NCBI GenBank assembly: GCA_937991945.1
Contig: CALKLO010000034.1
Span: 19,270-83,269 of the forward strand
DNA: 64,000 nucleotides
Direction of reading: 5' to 3'
From: an uncultured Granulosicoccus sp.
Lineage (GTDB): Bacteria; Pseudomonadota; Gammaproteobacteria; Granulosicoccales; Granulosicoccaceae
This document shows, piece by piece, positions 1 through 7,181 of this stretch (position 1 is its first letter; every line of letters begins with the position of its first letter). Below the pieces are notes generated by a model, which searched no databases, was not told where the DNA came from, and saw nothing but the letters and a program-made list of their open reading frames with translations. The position numbers and the translations under genes were made by a program.

Positions 1-342
1 TTCGTGGGTGCAGAAGCCGTAAATGCTGGCTTAGCGGACTACACAGGGACTCTAGACGAGATCTTGGGCGGAGACTTTGCGCAAACTAAAACCTCAAAAT
101 TACCCAGCACCATCGGAGCTCATATGAACACTAAAAGCACGACACAAACAGCGGTTGATGATTCCGCCGACATCTGGAACCACTCCTCCGCTAAAGAAGT
201 TGAGACCGAGCAAGTTGCAGAAACAGAATTCGACACCAACGCTGCGCTATATGAATTATTGCCTGAATCCTCGTTAGAAGAATCTGACTCAGATGACGAT
301 GACGACTCTGCAAATGTTTGGGATCAATACGCAGCGCGGTAA
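1..342 (+). CDS. S49 family peptidase (SppA/phage head-maturation protease-like), C-terminal part, 5'-truncated by the window edge
   Basis: Frame is open from base 1. FVGAEAVNAGLADYTGTLDEIL matches the S49 C-terminal G-x-x-A-(V/I)-x-x-G-L-A-D motif, followed by an acidic low-complexity tail. Catalytic residues are not visible. Confidence 0.6.
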   Translation, partial: FVGAEAVNAGLADYTGTLDEILGGDFAQTKTSKLPSTIGAHMNTKSTTQTAVDDSADIWNHSSAKEVETEQVAETEFDTNAALYELLPESSLEESDSDDDDDSANVWDQYAAR

Positions 343-401
343 AGAGCAAAAATGGGGTTGGCGAACACTGTGACGGTTGATACAGCCCTGGGGTGCTGTT
401 C

Positions 402-458
402 ATGGCGAGAATGCTCAGTCTCCAGAGCAATAGGGTATCCAAAATTCTCGCCATTTTT
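402..458 (+). terminator. Stem-loop/terminator between the convergent S49 and SIR2 genes
   Basis: Perfect 11-bp inverted repeat ATGGCGAGAAT (402-412) / ATTCTCGCCAT (444-454) followed by a T run. Confidence 0.5.
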
Positions 459-502
459 CATTAGAATTCAGAAGTGCTCTTGTTAACGCCAATCTGCTGC
501 CT

Positions 503-2284
503 TTAGAATCGCTCTTGGCGTCGATGGTACTTCAGATTCAAAATGAAAAGCTCCAAAATGCGACGGCATTGATTTGACAAACCAGCCATTTGCAATTCTT
601 CGATAAGCGTTTCACTTTCAAACTCTGCAATGAGTGCATTCCCTATGTCATAGGAACATACAGCATGGCCCAATGGCATCCACTCAATTTGCTCGTTGGC
701 TAGATGCCTGGCTTCCATGGTCGGAAGATCGGAGCCTACAAAATGCATGAAGGCACCAATTAATTCGAACCGTGCAAATAGGATCTGGAAATTAGGATCT
801 GTTCCAACAAAATGTGGCGACCATGCTTGTATGGCACCTGATAGATGCATATTAAATGGTATTTTTTTCGTGTTCTTTGAAAACTTGGGTAGTAGGTTCC
901 ATACACTTTTTTCACCTCCGCTCCATGCCCCAGGAAATAACTTAAATACTTTTGAGTCTCTTTCTTGATGGCTAGACTTTAAGTTGTGCAAGAGTAACCG
1001 ATGCAATGCTTCCCATTTATGCGCTGTTACTAATCCCAGGCAGTAAGTTGACAGTAACAATACTGCGGGATAGGCACCGAGACGCTTGAGCTGAACGAGA
1101 CCAGTGTTTTGCCTTTCCACCTGTTGCATCACAGCTTCAATTATATCGATAACTAAATGCTGTTCACTTTCGCCACCCCAGCGGCCGAGGATTCCGCACA
1201 TACAGGCTAGTGGCTCTGTACAGGCCTCGTAACGTGAAATTCTAACGGCTAATTCGTTAGCGTCTATTTTGTGGTTGTATTCGAATGCGTCATCGCTCAG
1301 GTGCGCTAACAAGCGTTGTTGTTCCTGTGCAAATAAATCATCTAGGTTAATTCTTTGCTCTTTAGACGCAATGTATTTTTTCGTAGAGTTAATCAACAGC
1401 TCGAGGCTTAACGGGTTGATTTTTGAGCTGTTCTGAATTGCTTCGACGCTTTCTTGTAAAGCGTGAAAGAAATCGTCAGCATTGGCGATTTCTACTTCTT
1501 TGGCTCTTCGAAGATCTGCTAGCGACTGAGCTTCTCCTATGAGCGGTCCCCGCGTAGTCCAATAAGTGGGATAACGTCTATTAGGTGCACGGGAAATCGC
1601 TGCTTTTAGAGCATGATCCCATTCACCCGACCAGCCACAGATAACCAATCCGAATTCGTCAAGGATGCGGTCAAGCAATTCGTTGTATTTATCTGGGTAG
1701 GCTGTTAATTCATCGTCTGTGTTTAGGATTCGTGCGTCTTTGTAGTCACCATGCAACTTAAATAGATAGCAACGACTGTGGGTGAGGGGGTCCGCACCTA
1801 GCAAAGTGTCCTCAGATGTTATTACGGTGGGTTCCACACCAGCATCACGGAGCGCTTTCTCCATGAGTCGGTCGAAATTAGTCGTCAGAATTACTCTTAC
1901 AAATCCGTCACTTACCAGCTTCGCGATGGCGTGATGAGCCTTGGTAGGTAGTTTTCTGCCTTCTTCTTTCTCCTCTTCAGACGGCTCAATGTAGCCTTCA
2001 AGAATCTTGCGACGTTCAGAAGCAGTTGTTGTTAATTCGTCGAGTAGTTGGGAATAGTTTGGTTCTTGGCCGAACTGATCTGTGTACCATTCATTCCAGT
2101 CAGTTTGCTCACCTTCACCTTTGGCCGTGGCGGCCTTCCTAACGAGATCTAGCGTTATGTCCCAGCCGGTAGGTATACCTGCAGACCTAGACACGCCGGA
2201 ACCTAGAAGCAGAGCATACACGCCCTTGTTTTCGTGCATGGAGAACGCGAGTTGAGTGGCATTGTCGTCCCTGAGTATGCTCAT
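503..2284 (-). CDS. SIR2-domain protein (SIR2_2-type predicted NADase) with an unassigned ~300-aa C-terminal region; candidate anti-phage effector
   Basis: LLLGSGVSRSAGIPTG (GxGxS), ILTTNFD and LFKLHGD sirtuin-fold motifs intact; 593 aa; located in a mobile element. Confidence 0.85.
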   Translation of the reverse strand: MSILRDDNATQLAFSMHENKGVYALLLGSGVSRSAGIPTGWDITLDLVRKAATAKGEGEQTDWNEWYTDQFGQEPNYSQLLDELTTTASERRKILEGYIEPSEEEKEEGRKLPTKAHHAIAKLVSDGFVRVILTTNFDRLMEKALRDAGVEPTVITSEDTLLGADPLTHSRCYLFKLHGDYKDARILNTDDELTAYPDKYNELLDRILDEFGLVICGWSGEWDHALKAAISRAPNRRYPTYWTTRGPLIGEAQSLADLRRAKEVEIANADDFFHALQESVEAIQNSSKINPLSLELLINSTKKYIASKEQRINLDDLFAQEQQRLLAHLSDDAFEYNHKIDANELAVRISRYEACTEPLACMCGILGRWGGESEQHLVIDIIEAVMQQVERQNTGLVQLKRLGAYPAVLLLSTYCLGLVTAHKWEALHRLLLHNLKSSHQERDSKVFKLFPGAWSGGEKSVWNLLPKFSKNTKKIPFNMHLSGAIQAWSPHFVGTDPNFQILFARFELIGAFMHFVGSDLPTMEARHLANEQIEWMPLGHAVCSYDIGNALIAEFESETLIEELQMAGLSNQCRRILELFILNLKYHRRQERF

Positions 2285-2286
2285 AT

Positions 2287-2325
2287 CTAAAGATCTCTTC
2301 TAGCAGCTTTGTCTAGGTGGGTGCG
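2287..2325 (-). pseudogene. Remnant 3' end of a second RHH gene copy (RTHLDKAARRDL*) directly upstream of SIR2
   Basis: 2301-2325 matches 2878-2902 at 22/25 nt and all three differences are synonymous. The stop codon lies 2 nt before the SIR2 ATG. No in-frame ATG/GTG/TTG before the upstream stop at 2401-2403. Confidence 0.7.
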
Positions 2326-2425
2326 ATGATTCAGTCGCGTTTGTGATGTCGTTGAATTTACGTAGGCGGCATATAAGCGAATCTCAACGCAGCATGGTGA
2401 CTACGAGTATGCGAATCTGATTCCG

Positions 2426-2851
2426 TTATTCCAGATTAGTTAGAGTGGCAGTGTGCTCGTTCATGGATACGCTAATCGGATATTCAAATGCAGATCCGTC
2501 AGCAATGACACGTAGCCGCCACTTCTCGATATCGTGATTTTGGTTTGCAGTAATTAGCCCTTTTATTATTTGCTCAGAATCGATTTGCATGTAATCAAAA
2601 CCAGCGGCATCGTCGATAAAGTCTTTTACATCCTGTACACAGTGGCTATCTTGGTTTTTCACCTTGAGATTCTCGGTAATGTCAGTGCTAATCGTCGCTA
2701 CAGAATTTTCGATTTCAATTTCAGTAATTTTTATTTGTAAGTCATGCCAGCTTCCATGACCTTTCCGCATGCGAAAATAAGCTAATTCCGGGCCTTTCTT
2801 CAAGGGTTTTTTCATTAAAACAATCTCCATTCGGGGGCCCTGACCGATCAT
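2426..2851 (-). CDS. Hypothetical protein (141 aa), mobile-element cargo
   Basis: ORF starts 6 nt after the RHH stop on the same strand; no recognisable motif. Confidence 0.6.
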   Translation of the reverse strand: MIGQGPRMEIVLMKKPLKKGPELAYFRMRKGHGSWHDLQIKITEIEIENSVATISTDITENLKVKNQDSHCVQDVKDFIDDAAGFDYMQIDSEQIIKGLITANQNHDIEKWRLRVIADGSAFEYPISVSMNEHTATLTNLE

Positions 2852-2857
2852 GCCAGG

Positions 2858-3052
2858 TCACTTACTCAATTCACGTGTAGCAGCTTTATCCAAGTGGGTG
2901 CGTACCCAGTCCGCTCTAGACTGACGTGTTTTCGCAGCTGCTTGGTCGTAGCTGGCAATTTGCTCTTCAGTGACTCTCACCGACCCAAGAGACTTGCTGG
3001 CAGGGTTTAGGCTTGGTGGCCGCCCAGGCTTCTTTTTGCTTTGTATTGGCAT
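2858..3052 (-). CDS. Ribbon-helix-helix DNA-binding protein (64 aa), probable repressor
   Basis: MPIQSKKKPGRPP...SVRVTEEQIASYDQAAAKTRQSRADWVRTHLDKAA: GRP arm, alternating beta-strand, then two helices. The ATG at 3052 is preferred because the longer ORF-track start runs through the promoter. Confidence 0.7.
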   Translation of the reverse strand: MPIQSKKKPGRPPSLNPASKSLGSVRVTEEQIASYDQAAAKTRQSRADWVRTHLDKAATRELSK

Positions 3053-3070
3053 CCGAGAATGATAACAAAC

Positions 3071-3127
3071 GCATATGCATAAATATATGCATTTATTATT
3101 GACTGCTATATATGCATATGCAACAAT
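3071..3127 (+). promoter_or_regulatory. Rightward sigma70 promoter overlapped by (AT)GCAT-based palindromic operators
   Basis: TTGACT (3099-3104)-17 bp-AACAAT (3122-3127). Palindromes GCATATGC 3071-3078, ATGCAT 3075-3080 and 3087-3092, TGCATATGCA 3113-3122. Confidence 0.6.
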
Positions 3128-3235
3128 CAATTCACTGGTCAAGGGTAAGGACCAAGAAACGGCAAGAAGTGGCCCGCTAAGGAGTGCAATCCAAAGCAGG
3201 CCGACGCCACAACTAACCTCACTAAGGATTTAGTT

Positions 3236-3421
3236 ATGACAAATCGCATTATACAGGCGTTCTCACGTGCACTTAATGACGCAGTTTCACACCTACTTCA
3301 ATACGAGGAGAAGTTGCCAGCAATCTTTATATCAGTGGTCATGGCCTCTATTGGGTTGGTTAGTATCGACAGTGCAATTGCAGTAATCGATATCAGTCAC
3401 TCTATTGGAGCCACGGCATGA
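3236..3421 (+). CDS. Small hypothetical protein (61 aa) with a hydrophobic segment
   Basis: AAGGA RBS upstream; ATGA overlap with the next ORF; lies downstream of the predicted promoter. Confidence 0.55.
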   Translation: MTNRIIQAFSRALNDAVSHLLQYEEKLPAIFISVVMASIGLVSIDSAIAVIDISHSIGATA

Positions 3422-3855
3422 ATAACAAAGACAACAATTTACAAAAAGACGGCGCTAAATCAAATAAAGTACAGCAGCCCTTAATGGGAATACGTCCTGA
3501 CATGGATTTAGAGTCACGAGATGACTGGCAACACTCCGACGCTTTGTACATTGACAAGTTCTTAATGAGAGCGTTTACAGCATCTACTCAGGAAGAAGCG
3601 CGAAATGCCAAAGACGGTTTATACAGCCTGCAGGAACAATGCCTTCTACACATGAGGTCTTTATCCGAGCTGGAAACAGTTCTTCGTAAGTACCAGGACA
3701 AGATTGGCTACGACCACGACGAGGTGGCATTCAATGAATTGATGTCGTTTCTATCAAGCGTGGGTGCCAGTCTGGCAGGCGTAACCCATCAGCTAGGTTT
3801 TACGTATGCTTTGAGCGAGGTGCAGGGGGCTGGCCGAGAGGGTGCAGGCGGCTAG
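3418..3855 (+). CDS. Hypothetical helical protein (145 aa)
   Basis: ORF coupled to the previous one; GGAG RBS; no recognised motif. Confidence 0.6.
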   Translation: MNNKDNNLQKDGAKSNKVQQPLMGIRPDMDLESRDDWQHSDALYIDKFLMRAFTASTQEEARNAKDGLYSLQEQCLLHMRSLSELETVLRKYQDKIGYDHDEVAFNELMSFLSSVGASLAGVTHQLGFTYALSEVQGAGREGAGG

Positions 3856-4069
3856 GTGCAATTGTCTGTTGAGGGCAAGTGCTAATATTAAACGGCGATT
3901 TATGGGGCTGTGTAGACTGCACGGCAGCAATAATGCCACCCCCGGTGTCGGCTGCAGCCCTTATGAATGCTGGGGATGTCGGGTATGTCGAAGTATCCAG
4001 CTATTTTTCGTTGAGGTCGGCTTTCCAGGATCGCTGAATGGGGTAGGGATGCTAAGCCTTAGCGTTTTC

Positions 4070-4624
4070 TCAAAAGAAAAACACATATACACCGGCTGAG
4101 CCCGCAATTAAAAATGGCAATAAGTAGTCTGTGGCTAAGGGCGAATTGATCACAAAACGGTTTATCGCGCACACATAGATACTTATTGCTTGGTGGGCGG
4201 TAATCCGAAATTCAGGCCTTGATAGTTCACTGCTGCTATCAGGTGTTTTTAAGTGGAAGCCTGCGCTGCCGCTATAACCAACAGAGTTGTAAACAGTTCC
4301 GCCTCGCACGTCGTAATTGCTTTTGTCTATTACTTTCTGGATGGAAACTGAAACATGTGCATACCAGCGGTGCCGCAATCCTAGCTCTGAGTCATAAAAG
4401 TACTGCCAGTAACGCAATAATGCGTAAAACCAAAGTAGACCTAATGTTTTTTTTACGACGTCAGGATTTTCGATTTCAGCAACCAAGCCGATCAAGTTAA
4501 GCTGGGTAAACTTAAATTCGCCGAGGTTCACCACGACGATAGCAAGACAAGCTAGCAGTAGGTTTCTGCGTTGCCGAAGTAGGCCTGGAGGGATTTCGTG
4601 CTCTTTCCTGGCGTGACCTGACAT
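4070..4624 (-). CDS. Hypothetical membrane protein (184 aa, about 3 TM segments)
   Basis: Hydrophobic stretches after RQRRNLL, around LLWFYALLRYWQYF, and at the C-terminus; located at the element end. Confidence 0.7.
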   Translation of the reverse strand: MSGHARKEHEIPPGLLRQRRNLLLACLAIVVVNLGEFKFTQLNLIGLVAEIENPDVVKKTLGLLWFYALLRYWQYFYDSELGLRHRWYAHVSVSIQKVIDKSNYDVRGGTVYNSVGYSGSAGFHLKTPDSSSELSRPEFRITAHQAISIYVCAINRFVINSPLATDYLLPFLIAGSAGVYVFFF

Positions 4625-4676
4625 TTTGATCCAAAATTTAACTACAAAAAGGTGTAACTAAATTCTCACTCAGAAC

Positions 4677-4712
4677 AACCCTGAAACTGTAGTTAACCCT
4701 AAAGTTAACCCT
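4677..4712. repeat. Direct repeats near the att junction (possible integrase arm-type sites)
   Basis: AGTTAACCCT at 4691-4700 and 4703-4712 (12-bp period); third AACCCT at 4677-4682. Confidence 0.55.
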
Positions 4713-4793
4713 TGGCGGGAAATTTGATTCTAAGCAGGAGTCCCGCTATACGAAGCAAGTGCATATTGCACTTGTATAGCAGGAAAAAGTAAG

Positions 4794-4869
4794 TGGCTCC
4801 CTGGGACGGGCTCGAACCGCCGACCCAATGATTAACAGTCATTTGCTCTACCAACTGAGCTACCAGGGA
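4794..4869 (-). tRNA. tRNA-Asn (anticodon GTT)
   Basis: Reverse complement TCCCTGGTAGCTCAGTTGGTAGAGCAAATGACTGTTAATCATTGGGTCGGCGGTTCGAGCCCGTCCCAGGGAGCCA: 76 nt, cloverleaf, TTCGA T-loop, encoded CCA. Confidence 0.97.
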
Positions 4870-4879
4870 ATCGGAGCGA

Positions 4880-4908
4880 AGTTTAAAGCGCTTATGTCTC
4901 TACGTCAA
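4880..4908 (-). promoter_or_regulatory. sigma70 promoter of tRNA-Asn
   Basis: Minus strand TTGACG-17 bp-TAAACT followed by a GC-rich discriminator. Confidence 0.7.
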
Positions 4909-4926
4909 TCACTTAGCGACTAATAA

Positions 4927-4956
4927 TTGAGTCTATTTTCATCTTGGATGTACAAT
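4927..4956 (+). promoter_or_regulatory. Putative sigma70 promoter of uvrB
   Basis: TTGAGT-18 bp-TACAAT; supports the ATG at 4986 as start. Confidence 0.45.
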
Positions 4957-4985
4957 TGGGCTCCCGATCAACCAGCTGGAGACAT

Positions 4986-7064
4986 ATGTCCACTGCATTT
5001 GACCTAAAAACGGCTTTTAAACCGTCAGGACATCAGCCAGCAGCCATTGAAAACCTAGTTTCAGGTATTGATGACGGCCTAGCCTACCAGACGTTACTCG
5101 GTGTCACAGGTTCTGGTAAGACGTTCACCATTGCCAATATTCTACAAAGGCAGCAACGTCCCGCCATCGTGCTAGCGCCGAACAAAACCTTGGCGGCTCA
5201 ACTCTATGGAGAGTTCAAAGAATTTTTCCCCAATAACGCGGTTGAGTATTTCGTGTCGTATTACGACTACTACCAACCCGAGGCTTATGTGCCAGCTAGT
5301 GACACTTTCATAGAAAAAGATTCGTCCATCAATGAGCACATTGAGCAGATGCGATTGTCTGCCACGAAAGCGTTATTCGAAAGACGGGACACCATAATCG
5401 TTGCAACCGTCTCATCTATCTATGGTTTGGGTGATCCACAGCAGTATCACAAGATGGTGCTCCACCTCAAACGTGGTGAAACGGTTAATCAGCGTGATGT
5501 GCTACGTCGCTTGGCAGAGCTGCAATACAGCCGAAACGATATGGAGCTGAAGCGCGGTACGTATCGTGTGCGTGGTGAGATTATCGATGTCTATCCGGCT
5601 GACTCAGAACGTGAGGCTATCCGAATTGAGTTGTTTGACGACGATATTGAATCCCTGAGCTTCTTTGACCCGCTAACCGGTGAAATCATGCGCAAGGTGC
5701 CTAGGCTGACCATCTACCCTAAGACGCACTACGTCACGCCTCGCCAACGTTTGCTGGATGCCACAGATCTTATCAAAGACGAGTTACGTGAGCGCTTAGA
5801 GCAGCTGACAGCGGCTGGAAAGCTAGTGGAGGCGCAACGGCTCCAGCAACGCACTCAATTTGATTTAGAAATGATTCATGAACTGGGGTATTGCTCGGGT
5901 ATTGAGAACTACTCGCGTTATCTATCGGGCCGAGAGCCTGGTGAGCCACCCCCTTGCCTGTTCGATTATTTGCCTGAGGACAGTCTGCTAATCATTGATG
6001 AAAGCCATGTGACCGTGCCGCAACTGGGCGCTATGTACAAAGGCGATAGATCTCGTAAAGAAAACCTCGTTAATTACGGCTTTCGAATGCTTTCCGCATT
6101 AGATAATCGGCCCCTCAAATTCGAAGAGTTTGTTGAAATAGCGCCTCAAACTATATTTGTATCTGCGACACCCGGTAAGTACGAGCAGGCACATGCCGAT
6201 CAAGTCGTAGAGCAGGTAGTCAGGCCCACAGGGTTGATCGACCCTGAAGTTGAAGTGCGCCCAGCGCGCACTCAAGTCGATGATGTGATATCCGAAATAT
6301 CAGATCGCGTCTCACGCAATGAAAGAGTGTTAATAACCACCCTTACCAAGCGCATGTCTGAGGATCTCACTGATTATTTGTCAGACCATGACGTGAAGGT
6401 TCGATATCTGCACTCAGACGTCGATACGGTTGAGCGTAGTGAAATAATTAGAGACTTACGACTCGGTGTTTTCGATGTCATCGTCGGGATAAACCTGCTC
6501 AGAGAGGGCTTGGATATGCCGGAAGTTTCTCTGGTCGCAATACTGGATGCAGATAAAGAGGGATTCCTGCGCTCCGATCGCTCGTTAATTCAAACTATAG
6601 GTAGAGCCGCTCGCAACCTACATGGGAAGGCCATCCTGTATGCTGACGTGGTCACAGGATCTATGCAGCGAGCCATGGACGAAACCAGCCGACGACGTGA
6701 AGTCCAGCTGGAATACAATAAAGAACATGGCATCACACCGCGCGGCATCGTCAAAGCTATCAACGATGTTATGGATACCGGCGGCAGTAGTAGTGGTCAA
6801 GACAAACGCCGTGGTCGTCGAGGTGGGAAAGCTGACAAAAAGCCAGTCGTGGAAGCAATGTCTGCTAACGACGCTGCTAAGAGAATGAAGCAGTTAGAGA
6901 AAGAGATGTACGAATGTGCACGTAATCTGGAGTTCGAACGCGCTGCGCAGTTGCGAGACGAACTTGAAGAGGTGCGTGCCGCTATATTCAAAGAGGGTGG
7001 GGGTGTGTCCAGATCCGGGACTACCAAGTCGTCTTCGAAGAAGCCGTCGAAAACAAACGCATAA
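4986..7064 (+). CDS. uvrB: Excinuclease ABC subunit B
   Basis: [10 protein letters not shown] Walker [14 protein letters not shown] beta-hairpin, IDESH, C-terminal UVR domain ([11 protein letters not shown]); GGAG RBS before ATG 4986. Confidence 0.98.
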   Translation: MSTAFDLKTAFKPSGHQPAAIENLVSGIDDGLAYQTLLGVTGSGKTFTIANILQRQQRPAIVLAPNKTLAAQLYGEFKEFFPNNAVEYFVSYYDYYQPEAYVPASDTFIEKDSSINEHIEQMRLSATKALFERRDTIIVATVSSIYGLGDPQQYHKMVLHLKRGETVNQRDVLRRLAELQYSRNDMELKRGTYRVRGEIIDVYPADSEREAIRIELFDDDIESLSFFDPLTGEIMRKVPRLTIYPKTHYVTPRQRLLDATDLIKDELRERLEQLTAAGKLVEAQRLQQRTQFDLEMIHELGYCSGIENYSRYLSGREPGEPPPCLFDYLPEDSLLIIDESHVTVPQLGAMYKGDRSRKENLVNYGFRMLSALDNRPLKFEEFVEIAPQTIFVSATPGKYEQAHADQVVEQVVRPTGLIDPEVEVRPARTQVDDVISEISDRVSRNERVLITTLTKRMSEDLTDYLSDHDVKVRYLHSDVDTVERSEIIRDLRLGVFDVIVGINLLREGLDMPEVSLVAILDADKEGFLRSDRSLIQTIGRAARNLHGKAILYADVVTGSMQRAMDETSRRREVQLEYNKEHGITPRGIVKAINDVMDTGGSSSGQDKRRGRRGGKADKKPVVEAMSANDAAKRMKQLEKEMYECARNLEFERAAQLRDELEEVRAAIFKEGGGVSRSGTTKSSSKKPSKTNA

Positions 7065-7181
7065 AACACTGAATATTATTCGGTGCGGTAATGAATCAAG
7101 ATTCCTGGTGTCCAAAGGGCATTGGGTGAACAGCATTTTTATACGGTGCTTACACCGTCATTTATTATGAGGAATTCGTAA

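Larger units (their letters stand above)
1..4793. mobile_element. Right end of an integrative element (prophage remnant or phage-satellite-like island) inserted at the 3' end of tRNA-Asn; continues beyond the left edge
   Basis: Abuts the CCA end of an intact tRNA-Asn. Contains an S49 peptidase tail, an RHH regulator with a divergent promoter, orphan ORFs and a SIR2 gene, and has short direct repeats near the junction. Integrase and second att site are not in the window. Confidence 0.75.

Noticed and set aside
503-2284. Calling the SIR2 gene Thoeris, DSR, SIR2-HerA or SPARSA
   Set aside because: No TIR, HerA or pAgo partner next to it; no recognisable SLOG, Macro or APAZ domain; too short for DSR.
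3102-3118. LexA/SOS box (CTG followed by a TA-rich run)
   Set aside because: The closing CAG is missing. No CTGT-N8-ACAG was seen upstream of uvrB either.
3053-3142. 30-aa N-terminal extension of the RHH ORF in the track
   Set aside because: It is the translation of the AT-rich operator/promoter; ATG 3052 gives a typical RHH size.
3842-4099. 85-aa ORF
   Set aside because: Cys-rich, overlaps both neighbours, no clear RBS; probably spurious.
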